Virus record (IMG/VR): IMGVR_UViG_3300021197_001743
Span: 1-64,000 of that record
Direction: 5' to 3' (one strand)
DNA length: 64,000 bases
Source of the DNA: a virus
Of this stretch, positions 48,507 to 56,976 are shown in pieces. The notes under the pieces are model-generated. The model ran no database searches. It had not been told where the DNA came from and saw only the letters and a list, made by a program, of their open reading frames with translations. The number at the start of each line of letters is the position of its first letter. Positions within the stretch are counted from its first letter, which is position 1. A program made the translations under genes and the position numbers.

Positions 48507-50090
48507 ATGGCTTTTAAACTGTCAAAACAAGAGATTGTAAAAGAGATTGTGAAATGCGGAAAGGATCCACAATTCTTCATTGATAACTATTGCATGATCT
48601 CACATCCACTTAGAGGATTAATTCCTTTCAAGACCTTCGATTATCAAAAAGACCTACTCAAGGACTTTAACGATTATCGATTTAATATTATATTAAAAGC
48701 CAGACAACTTGGTATCTCCACGATCTCCGCGGGATACATTGTCTGGTTTATGCTTTTTCATCGAGATAAGAACATTCTTGTCATCGCCACCAAATTTGGT
48801 ACAGCAGCGAACCTCGTGAAAAAAGTAAAGCAAATAATGAAAAATCTTCCTTCTTGGATTCAAATTTCAAAAATCATCACAGATAACAAGACCTCATTCG
48901 AATTATCAAACGGCTCCCAGATTAAAGCCGGAACCACTTCTGGGGACGCTGGTCGTTCGGAAGCATTATCACTGCTCGTTATAGACGAGGCAGCACACGT
49001 AGAAGGCCTTGATGACTTGTGGACAGGTCTTTACCCTACTCTATCAACAGGAGGGCGTTGCATAGCCTTATCGACCCCTAATGGGGTAGGTAATTGGTTC
49101 CACAAGACTTACGTTGATGCTGACAATGAAGAGAACGATTTTCATCCAATTAATTTACCATGGGATGTTCACCCCGAGCGTGACCAAGCATGGTTTCAAA
49201 AAGAGACAAAAAATATGTCTCGTAGACAAATCGCCCAAGAATTAGAATGCAATTTCAATACATCTGGTGATACGGTAATTCATCCGGATGATATGCAATG
49301 GTTGTTTGAAAACATCAAGGATCCGATATATAGAACAGGATACGATAGAAACTTTTGGATATGGGAAAAATATCAGGAAGGAGCTTCATATGTTCTGGTT
49401 GCGGATGTTGCTCGTGGCGACGGTGCGGACTATTCTGTGTTTCATATTATTCGTTTAGATACAATGGAAATAATTGCCGAATATCAAGGTAAGCCAAGTC
49501 TAGACTTGTATTCCAACATATTGAACGAAGCAGGAAGGGAATATGGAAGCTGCTTGTTGGTTGTTGAGAATAATGGAATCGGAATTTCGGTTCTCGAGAA
49601 ACTAAACACGCTAGAGTATCCAAACATTTATTATTCTATCAAATCAACGCACGAGTTTATTGACTCATCTATCGCCGAAGGTAATGACCGAGCAGTTATG
49701 GGTTTTACTACAAGTACTAAAACTAGGCCTTTAATTGTTGCTAAATTGGAAGAGTACATCAGGAACAAACTAATTAGTGTGAACTCTAATAGGATTTTTC
49801 ATGAATTCAAAACTTTTATTTGGTATAATGGCAAACCCCAAGCAATGCGCTCTTACAATGACGATCTCGTCATGTCTTTGGCTATTGCTTGCTGGGTCCG
49901 CGATACAGCGCTACAAGAGAATCAACGGGAAGTTGAATACAAGAAGGCGATGCTAACTGGCATTATGAAATCTACACAAGTTTTTGAAACAAGAATCAAA
50001 GGACAGGATGGCTATAACGAAACCTTCGAGAAGAAATACGAAGAAGAAATAAAAAAAGCAAAAGATTTTTTTTGGATTTATAAAGGATAA
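48507..50090 (+). CDS. Terminase large subunit (T4 gp17-like)
   Basis: KARQLGIST Walker A region, LVIDEAAH Walker B, STPNG, DVARGDGADYS and NDDLVMS nuclease motifs. Confidence 0.95.
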   Translation: MAFKLSKQEIVKEIVKCGKDPQFFIDNYCMISHPLRGLIPFKTFDYQKDLLKDFNDYRFNIILKARQLGISTISAGYIVWFMLFHRDKNILVIATKFGTAANLVKKVKQIMKNLPSWIQISKIITDNKTSFELSNGSQIKAGTTSGDAGRSEALSLLVIDEAAHVEGLDDLWTGLYPTLSTGGRCIALSTPNGVGNWFHKTYVDADNEENDFHPINLPWDVHPERDQAWFQKETKNMSRRQIAQELECNFNTSGDTVIHPDDMQWLFENIKDPIYRTGYDRNFWIWEKYQEGASYVLVADVARGDGADYSVFHIIRLDTMEIIAEYQGKPSLDLYSNILNEAGREYGSCLLVVENNGIGISVLEKLNTLEYPNIYYSIKSTHEFIDSSIAEGNDRAVMGFTTSTKTRPLIVAKLEEYIRNKLISVNSNRIFHEFKTFIWYNGKPQAMRSYNDDLVMSLAIACWVRDTALQENQREVEYKKAMLTGIMKSTQVFETRIKGQDGYNETFEKKYEEEIKKAKDFFWIYKG

Positions 50091-50093
50091 AAA

Positions 50094-52004
50094 ATGGCAC
50101 GTAACGATAGAAACCCAAACAATAACGAGAACAGTCTGTTTAAGGCTCTTACACGAGTATTCTCTGGACCGATGGTACAAAGAAGAACACAGACCGGAAG
50201 ACAACTGAGGCGGAGGCAATTAGACAAGTACGCTAACAAATTCCGTTCCACTTCCGGACTACAATTCAAAAAGTCAGAATATAACCCAATGAATGTTATG
50301 GCCCTCAATATGATTTCAAATAGAAATCGATCTGAGCGATATGTTGACTTTGACCAGATGGAATACACCCCAGAAATAGCTTCTTCGTTGGACATCTATG
50401 CTGATGAAATGACTACACACTCTAGTCTCACTCCAATGTTAAATATTAAATGCGCGAATGAAGAAATTAAATTCATTCTTCATTCTTTGTATTATGACAT
50501 TCTTAATGTTAATTCAAACTTGTTTGGCTGGGCACGGACCATGTGTAAATATGGAGACTTCTTTTTGTTCTTAGATATAGATGAACATATGGGTGTCCGT
50601 AATTGTATTGGGCTTCCACCGCAAGAAGTCGAGCGCTTGGAAGGAGAAGACCCTTCCAATCCAAATTATATTCAGTTTCAATGGAATTCAGGCGGCTTGA
50701 CTTTCGAAAATTGGCAAATTTCTCACTTTCGTGTTCTTGGAAATGATAAGTATGCACCTTATGGAACATCCGCTTTAGAACCAGCTAGACGCATCTGGAG
50801 ACAGTTAACTCTCCTTGAGGATGCTATGATGGCTTATCGAATCGTTCGAGCAACCGAACGACGTGTTTTTAAAATTGATGTTGGAGGGATTGCCCCGCAA
50901 GAAGTGGAACAATATATGCAAAAAGTAATGACTCAGATGAAGCGACACCAAGTTGTTGATCCTGATACGGGTCGAGTTGACCTCAGATATAATCCGATGT
51001 CGATTGAAGAAGATTATTTTATTCCAGTTCGTGGAGGACAATCATCCACCGATATCGATAATCTTCCCGGTGGACAATTCACTGCTGCTATTGAAGATGT
51101 AAAGTATCTTCGAGATAAATTGTTTTCTGCTCTTAAAGTTCCGCAGTCATATCTCTCAATGGGCGAAGGAGCGACTGAGGACAAAACAACATTGGCTCAA
51201 AAAGATATCCGTTTCGCAAGAACCATCCAAAGACTTCAGCGAGTTGTTATATCCGAATTAGAAAAGATTGGCATCATTCATTTGTTCACTCTTGGGTTCC
51301 GTGGAGATGACTTGCTAAATTTTGAACTATCTCTTAATAATCCGAGCAAGATAGCAGAGATGCAAGAACTTGAGCACTGGAAAACAAAATTTGACATCGC
51401 AGGGTCTGCTACGGATGGTTACTTTTCTAAGAGATGGGTCGCTGAGCACCTACTTGGGCTTTCGGAAGAAGAGTACATCCGGATGCAACGCGAAATGTTC
51501 CATGATAGAAAATTCTCAGCCAAACTAGAGGCTGTTGGTCAACCTGCTGAAGCTGGAGGAGATCTAGGTGGAGACCTCGGAGGAGACTTGGACCTTGGCG
51601 ATGATTTGGATCTCGGTGGAGAAGAAGGCGGTGATCTAGACCTTGGTGGAGAAGAAGCTGGTGGCGGTGCTGAGGATGACGATGTATTGTTGGCCGAGCC
51701 TCCCGGAAAACGCGATGATAATGCTAGACCTAAGAAGAGAAGGCCTTATGCCAAAGATTCTAAGAAAACGTATCGCAAGGGCGGTCGGAGAAAACAGATG
51801 AAGAATATGGCTTCAGGCGAGATCGGAACATTACGAAAGACCTTTCCGGGCAAGTCGGGCTTTGGCGGCCTAGATTCATTAGCGCGAGGCCTGATGGAAG
51901 AAAGTAATTCTGATATTTTGGAAGAAAGAAAACTATTTAGTACTGATTTTGAAATCAAATCATTAATTGAATCGCTAAAAAAGGTTGACGAAGATGAAAC
52001 ATAA
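50094..52004 (+). CDS. Portal vertex protein (T4 gp20-like)
   Basis: QLTLLEDAMMAYRIVRATERRVFKIDVG, EEDYFIPVRG, LPGG, LKVP motifs. Confidence 0.95.
   Translation: MARNDRNPNNNENSLFKALTRVFSGPMVQRRTQTGRQLRRRQLDKYANKFRSTSGLQFKKSEYNPMNVMALNMISNRNRSERYVDFDQMEYTPEIASSLDIYADEMTTHSSLTPMLNIKCANEEIKFILHSLYYDILNVNSNLFGWARTMCKYGDFFLFLDIDEHMGVRNCIGLPPQEVERLEGEDPSNPNYIQFQWNSGGLTFENWQISHFRVLGNDKYAPYGTSALEPARRIWRQLTLLEDAMMAYRIVRATERRVFKIDVGGIAPQEVEQYMQKVMTQMKRHQVVDPDTGRVDLRYNPMSIEEDYFIPVRGGQSSTDIDNLPGGQFTAAIEDVKYLRDKLFSALKVPQSYLSMGEGATEDKTTLAQKDIRFARTIQRLQRVVISELEKIGIIHLFTLGFRGDDLLNFELSLNNPSKIAEMQELEHWKTKFDIAGSATDGYFSKRWVAEHLLGLSEEEYIRMQREMFHDRKFSAKLEAVGQPAEAGGDLGGDLGGDLDLGDDLDLGGEEGGDLDLGGEEAGGGAEDDDVLLAEPPGKRDDNARPKKRRPYAKDSKKTYRKGGRRKQMKNMASGEIGTLRKTFPGKSGFGGLDSLARGLMEESNSDILEERKLFSTDFEIKSLIESLKKVDEDET
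51555..51670 (+). repeat. Gly/Asp low-complexity repeat (GGDL/DLGG) in the portal C-terminus
   Basis: GGDLGGDLGGDLDLGDDLDLGGEEGGDLDLGGEE. Confidence 0.8.
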
Positions 52005-52815
52005 TAAGAAAAGAAATACCGCTTTTCTTTACGAATGCCTAATAAAAGAATTAACAAAAGCAATCGTACGAGAAGACAAAAAAAGACAAGTAATTACAAA
52101 GAAAATTCTGAAGGAATTCTTTTGCAAAAGAAGCGTTCTCAAGAAAGAACTTGAATTGTATAATTCCATTCTAGAAAGTAAGGCGTTGAGCACTGACTTC
52201 TCAGAGAGGCTGTTAAAAGAAACAAAAATAGATTATGTTCGATCTGATAGGAAAGCCATATTCAACCAGCAGACCAGTCTTATTAATAAAATCAATAAGC
52301 ATTTAGGTCATGGTGCCTTTTCTAATTTTATTCCAAATTACAAAGATATGGCAACCTTGGGTTTGTTTTTTCAAAACGACAATCTGCCTGCTAAGAAAAG
52401 AATCATGCTTGAAAATAATTTGATTAAATATCTCGGAAGAAACGAGAAGATATTAACAGAAATGAAACACTTAGATAATCTAGAGTACAGAACATTTGTT
52501 AAGAAATTCAACAATGCATATGACAGAACTTTGAGAACAGAGCAGAAAAACCTATTAACAAATTATATCGTATCGTTTTCTGACAATGGGCTGGGTTTGA
52601 AAACTTTTTTAAATGAAGAGATTGGTCGTCTCAAGGATGCCGTACAGCAGCGGATCGTAGAGGAGACGAAATGGTCAACAAGGGAAAATTTTAAAAAAGT
52701 TAAGGTAAAGCTGGACAACTACGCACAAACGCCCATAAATCAGCAAATTGTTGAAGAAATCTTTTATATTCAAGACTTAATTGCGGAGGTATCTAAAAAT
52801 GGGAATAAAAATTAA
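51994..52815 (+). CDS. hypothetical head-module protein
   Basis: MKHNKKRNTAFLYECLIKE; follows the portal; ATG 51994 preferred. Confidence 0.6.
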   Translation: MKHNKKRNTAFLYECLIKELTKAIVREDKKRQVITKKILKEFFCKRSVLKKELELYNSILESKALSTDFSERLLKETKIDYVRSDRKAIFNQQTSLINKINKHLGHGAFSNFIPNYKDMATLGLFFQNDNLPAKKRIMLENNLIKYLGRNEKILTEMKHLDNLEYRTFVKKFNNAYDRTLRTEQKNLLTNYIVSFSDNGLGLKTFLNEEIGRLKDAVQQRIVEETKWSTRENFKKVKVKLDNYAQTPINQQIVEEIFYIQDLIAEVSKNGNKN

Positions 52816-53398
52816 CATTGACACTGCTGACTCTACGGAAGAAAACAACATAGATATCAAAATAACTCCAGATGATGGAGGAGTAAATTTAGATGTAATC
52901 AAAGAAGAAACTTTGGACTATAATCTAAACTTAAGATCTGCCCTCAACGGAGATTTGATGATAATGGATCACAAGGACATCGATATTGTTATCCAGCAAG
53001 GTAATAAAAAGATCGTAGCATTTGCAAAGGACGCAATGACAGACGCAGTATACGGTGCAGAATCTAGACTCTTAGAGTTCCTGAGAAAGAAAGGAGTAAT
53101 TAAGATTGATTCTATCCAAGGCGGAAATATTTATGGATCTTTGGAAGGAACAATAATGGAATCAGATGATTTTCATCCAATCTCCTCAGCTCTAATAAAC
53201 GTCTCTGAGTGGATGGAGACAGAGAGACCATACATGCAAGGCGTAACCGCTTATGATGATATGCAAGACGATGCTCTAACTGACCCAGATAACATTGACT
53301 CTACGGATTTGGGAGACGTATCTCAGGCTGAAGAGAAAGGCTCCATCAGCCCTAGAACTATATTTTCACCAGCAATGTACGGCAGGTTTTCATTGTAA
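52799..53398 (+). CDS. hypothetical acidic protein
   Basis: GGAGG RBS before ATG 52799. Confidence 0.6.
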   Translation: MGIKINIDTADSTEENNIDIKITPDDGGVNLDVIKEETLDYNLNLRSALNGDLMIMDHKDIDIVIQQGNKKIVAFAKDAMTDAVYGAESRLLEFLRKKGVIKIDSIQGGNIYGSLEGTIMESDDFHPISSALINVSEWMETERPYMQGVTAYDDMQDDALTDPDNIDSTDLGDVSQAEEKGSISPRTIFSPAMYGRFSL

Positions 53399-54108
53399 TG
53401 AAGCTTATAATAGAAAACTGGAACCACTATCTTCACGAAGGAAGTGATGCACCAATTCCACTGCCAGATGTTGCTAAAGTCGCCCTCTATCATGATCCTG
53501 AGGTTGACAATCATGAATTAATATTATATGGTATGGGTCGGAATGGCCCATTCCCATTCGCAGCATGCGGAATTGATAGATTGACAGAGGACGAAGAAAA
53601 CCCCTGCATACCTGAGACTTGGCACATGAGTTGGATCTATGTCCACCAAAGATTTCAAAGTCAAGGATGGAGTAAGATTTTATATGGTATCTCTTTCAAC
53701 TTAGTCAACAGCCTTGGCGGCGGTCTTACGTCGGACCACTGGTCTTCCACATCAGATGACGCAAAAGGTCGAGCTTGGGATAAGATGATCAGCAGGGGAC
53801 AATTGACTCCTAGAACAACGCCCGGCAAACACCCCTTTGGTGGCCACTCTGAGTTTGACTATGGCGAACCGGGATTTAAGAAAACTCCGTTGGATCCAAT
53901 GGATGATTGTCGAGAGCCCGTTGATGAACCTGCAACTAATAACAGTTGGGTTATGAAAGGCCATAGTAAATTTGAACCAATCTACAACACCTTAACACAG
54001 AACCACGAGCAAATTATGTCGGCGGTTTCTGATCGAAAGGAAATCGAAAGGAAACTGTCTGATGCTGCAGCTGACGGCTTTGAGGCTGCTTATATGGGGG
54101 GAGCGTGA
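53398..54108 (+). CDS. GNAT-like acetyltransferase with a short E-terminated leader (MKLIIENWNHYLHE)
   Basis: WIYVHQRFQSQGWSKILY resembles the GNAT acetyl-CoA-binding motif A. Confidence 0.5.
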   Translation: MKLIIENWNHYLHEGSDAPIPLPDVAKVALYHDPEVDNHELILYGMGRNGPFPFAACGIDRLTEDEENPCIPETWHMSWIYVHQRFQSQGWSKILYGISFNLVNSLGGGLTSDHWSSTSDDAKGRAWDKMISRGQLTPRTTPGKHPFGGHSEFDYGEPGFKKTPLDPMDDCREPVDEPATNNSWVMKGHSKFEPIYNTLTQNHEQIMSAVSDRKEIERKLSDAAADGFEAAYMGGA

Positions 54109-54434
54109 ATCTACTCGCTTTCATCCTTGTCTCTTATGGTATGACTTTTATTGTTGTCTATGGCAAGATCTTCGAGAACATAAGGCCAAAAAAAGATTAT
54201 ACTAAAAAATGGAACACTCTTTTCCACTGTCCACTGTGTATGGGATTTTGGTGTTCGCTGTTTTTGTTTTGCATAAACGGCTACACAGAACTATTTACAT
54301 TTGAATATTCCTTAGGGAATATGTTCTGCCTCTCTTGTTTGGGAGCTGGGACAACTTATTTGCTCTCCATGATTGTCAATGACTTTGGTGTGAGAGTATC
54401 GTCGAGATCAGGAGGTGATTATGTTGACGATTAA
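54105..54434 (+). CDS. DUF1360-like membrane protein
   Basis: LFHCPLCMGFW motif flanked by TM helices. Confidence 0.6.
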   Translation: MNLLAFILVSYGMTFIVVYGKIFENIRPKKDYTKKWNTLFHCPLCMGFWCSLFLFCINGYTELFTFEYSLGNMFCLSCLGAGTTYLLSMIVNDFGVRVSSRSGGDYVDD

Positions 54435-54480
54435 ACGATGGATGCTTCAGCCCGTCCGACGTTGCTGCTCCGGAAGTTGA
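54421..54480 (+). CDS. 19-aa small ORF MLTIKRWMLQPVRRCCSGS
   Basis: Strong GGAGGTGA RBS just upstream; below the ORF-track size cutoff. Confidence 0.4.
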   Translation: MLTIKRWMLQPVRRCCSGS

Positions 54481-54485
54481 GCCAA

Positions 54486-54508
54486 GCCGGTAGCGCCGGC
54501 ATCTTTTT
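54486..54508 (+). terminator. GC hairpin with T-tract (terminator/attenuator-like)
   Basis: GCCGG-TAGCG-CCGGC then ATCTTTTT. Confidence 0.4.
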
Positions 54509-54523
54509 ACTCTGAGGGAAATA

Positions 54524-55132
54524 ATGAAAAAAAAATTACTAAGAGAATTCTATGCTTTATGCGAAGGTGGGATCTGTCAAGATCTTTTATCTGAGCGGGA
54601 AAAGCGGGAAATGCAAAATGGCACCCTATATTTATCAGGGCGCCTGCAAACTGCTGATAAGCAAAACGGAAATGGCCGTGTTTATCCGCACAATGTTCTT
54701 AAGCGAGAAATTGATAACTATATGAAAATTGTCGAAGACAATCGTGCTTGTGGAGAACTTGACCACCCAGACGATTCAGTGGTGAACCTTAAGAATGTCT
54801 CGCACATTATAACAGAAGTGTGGTGGGAAGGAAAGGATGTTATGGGAAAAATTAAAGTACTAGATACACCCTCAGGTCGCATACTCAAAGATTTAGTGAA
54901 GGCTGGTGTAAAGCTTGGTATTTCTTCTCGAGGGCTTGGATCAGTTAGTGAATCCATGGGTGTTGTTACAGTTGAAAGCGACTTCCAATTGATTTGCTTT
55001 GATATGGTTTCAGAACCATCGACACCAAACGCGTATATGCTACCGCAAGGTCAAAATAATATTTCTACTCGTCTACGAGAAGTAAAAGAAAATAACATAG
55101 ATAATCTATTTAAAAAGATTTTGGGTGATTGA
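54524..55132 (+). CDS. Prohead core protease (T4 gp21-like)
   Basis: NGNGRVYP, GELDHP, GISSRGLGS, FDMVSEPSTPNA. Confidence 0.95.
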   Translation: MKKKLLREFYALCEGGICQDLLSEREKREMQNGTLYLSGRLQTADKQNGNGRVYPHNVLKREIDNYMKIVEDNRACGELDHPDDSVVNLKNVSHIITEVWWEGKDVMGKIKVLDTPSGRILKDLVKAGVKLGISSRGLGSVSESMGVVTVESDFQLICFDMVSEPSTPNAYMLPQGQNNISTRLREVKENNIDNLFKKILGD

Positions 55133-55134
55133 TA

Positions 55135-55446
55135 ATGCAAATTAATAAAGCAAGACTAAAAGAAATAATTCTAGAAGAACTAAAGAGAGAAATGCAGTTC
55201 GATCCAGAGTCTGCGTTAGAAATTACAAAGACTGAGCGGGCAATAAAAGATTTAAAGCTAGCCATGGAAAAAATGAAGATGTCTCTCTCTGGAGAGTGGG
55301 CAATAGCTAATTTACAAGGCTACCCAGCTGATGAACAACCTGACATGTCGCAGATTGAACAACAGATACAAGATATGCAATCTGCGGTAGAAGACCTTGA
55401 ATTCGCCATTCAATCTGAACAACATAACATGCACCAGAGGAAATAA
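55135..55446 (+). CDS. Leader-family protein 10 (MQINKARLKEIILEELKRE)
   Basis: Leader variant; coiled-coil body; immediately after the protease. Confidence 0.55.
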   Translation: MQINKARLKEIILEELKREMQFDPESALEITKTERAIKDLKLAMEKMKMSLSGEWAIANLQGYPADEQPDMSQIEQQIQDMQSAVEDLEFAIQSEQHNMHQRK

Positions 55447-55865
55447 TGAAAAAAGAAGAATTAAAAAAGATTTTGAGACCATTGATTAAAGAATGTGTTA
55501 AGGAGGTAATCTTTGAAGAAGGAACCCTTTCAACAATCATATCTGAGGTCTTAAAAGGAACAAGTCAACAATTGGTAACAGAAGTTAAGCAGCCTCAAAG
55601 AAAAGTTGAGACTGATCAGCAAGCTCGCCAAAGAAGAGAAAAGTTGATAAAAGAACAAAGAAAAAAAATGCTTGACGCAATAGGTAAAGACTCATACAAT
55701 GGAGTTGATCTATTTGAAGGCACAACACCTATGCAGGCCGATAGATCTGGTGGAGCCTCATCCCACAGGTCCAAGGCATTAGAGGGCATTGCTCCCCATG
55801 ACCCCGGTGTGGATATATCTTCCTTCGGCACGTCAGGCATATGGAAAAAACTAGCAGGAAATTAA
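55446..55865 (+). CDS. hypothetical head-module protein with leader-like helix (MKKEELKKILRPLIKECVKEVIFEE)
   Basis: Related LK..I..E helix; TAATG overlap. Confidence 0.55.
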   Translation: MKKEELKKILRPLIKECVKEVIFEEGTLSTIISEVLKGTSQQLVTEVKQPQRKVETDQQARQRREKLIKEQRKKMLDAIGKDSYNGVDLFEGTTPMQADRSGGASSHRSKALEGIAPHDPGVDISSFGTSGIWKKLAGN

Positions 55866-56081
55866 ATGGCTACCAATTATACAGAGAAGCCTCGCAAAAA
55901 CGAGGATCCAAATCGTTTCATTAAAAGATTCATCAAGAAATGCAAAAAACTTGGGATAATTGATGAATTTAGAGAGAGACAATATTATACTAAACCATCA
56001 TGCAAAAAGCGCTTATCTAAAAAACGCGCAATTGCTAGACGCAAAAAAGAACTTCGCAAGCAACGGCGTAGGGAAAATTAA
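55866..56081 (+). CDS. rpsU: Phage-encoded ribosomal protein bS21
   Basis: NEDPNRFIKRFIKKCKKLGIIDEFRERQYYTKPS..KR...RA..R matches the bS21 consensus. Confidence 0.85.
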   Translation: MATNYTEKPRKNEDPNRFIKRFIKKCKKLGIIDEFRERQYYTKPSCKKRLSKKRAIARRKKELRKQRRREN

Positions 56082-56090
56082 ATAAAAATA

Positions 56091-56098
56091 CTAGTTAT
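56091..56098 (+). promoter_or_regulatory. candidate late promoter CTAGTTAT
   Basis: Intergenic, followed by AGGAG RBS. Confidence 0.5.
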
Positions 56099-56116
56099 GT
56101 AGTAGGAGTTTTTAGC

Positions 56117-56546
56117 ATGGCCTCAAACATTTATACCGCAGGTTTACAAAACGTCGGCTCATATCAAGTATCGGGACAACCATACCTGAGTGGTTCGATA
56201 ACATCAGATCAAGTAGGATCTGTTTTGTCTTCCTCTTTTTCGTTCCCTTACGTTAGTAAGAAAGTGATAGTAACTAATCATGATGTGTCTAACAACTTGA
56301 TTGTAAGTTTTGCGCCTTTCTTGTCTAGTGAAGCTGCAACTTATGGATATACCAATTCAGCGTCTGGTTCTGGAAACTGGTTGTTCTTATCTGCTTCATC
56401 AACTATTGAGTTAGATGTTAAGTGCAAACAAGTTTTTGTAGCTCCTGCTGTCAATGCAACCTCTGCATCTTGTACAGTTTACGCAGAGTTAACCAATATA
56501 GGCACAAATAAATTATATTCTTTTGATGGCCTCAGGGGGATAAGTT
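56117..56546 (+). CDS. Putative virion decoration protein, paralog A (ORF track end 56548)
   Basis: IYTAGLQNVGSYQVSG.P N-terminus shared with the next two genes. Confidence 0.5.
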
Positions 56547-56547
56547 A

Positions 56548-56964
56548 ATGGCTAACAATATATACACTGCCGGCTTACAAAACGTTGGATCATACCAAGT
56601 ATCTGGTCGACCATTTATCACCGGTTCCAATATATACTCCAACGAAAATGCTATAGCATCAGGTGATGAGACCTCCGTTAGTTTCCCAGCTGTCACTAAA
56701 TCTATAACGTTGTGGAATTATTCCGCGGATCCTTTGAGCAAATTACGATTAACATTCGTTGCAACAGGGTCCATCAATAACCATCCAGCAAGTGGCGTTT
56801 ATTACGAACTAGGACAAAACGAATCCTTAACGTTGTCTTTAAAATGCAAAGAGGTATATCTTTCCGCAGTCAGCGGAGAGGTGTTGTGGAAATTATATGC
56901 GAGCTTAACTAGTATAGCTCCGGAAAGGATGTATGCCCTAACTGGTTCTGGTATTAGTGAATAA
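56548..56964 (+). CDS. Putative virion decoration protein, paralog B
   Basis: Same N-terminus; C-terminal IAPERMYALTGSGISE. Confidence 0.5.
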   Translation: MANNIYTAGLQNVGSYQVSGRPFITGSNIYSNENAIASGDETSVSFPAVTKSITLWNYSADPLSKLRLTFVATGSINNHPASGVYYELGQNESLTLSLKCKEVYLSAVSGEVLWKLYASLTSIAPERMYALTGSGISE

Positions 56965-56976
56965 GGAGGGTACAAC

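Noticed and set aside
48690-48725. Inactive terminase because Walker A reads RQLGIST rather than RQxGK[ST]
   Set aside because: All other ATPase and nuclease motifs are intact and an upstream Lys (KARQ) is present; more likely a family variant.
38705-50090. Inteins or introns in primase, SbcDC or terminase
   Set aside because: Lengths and motif spacing are normal, with no intein splice or LAGLIDADG motifs seen.
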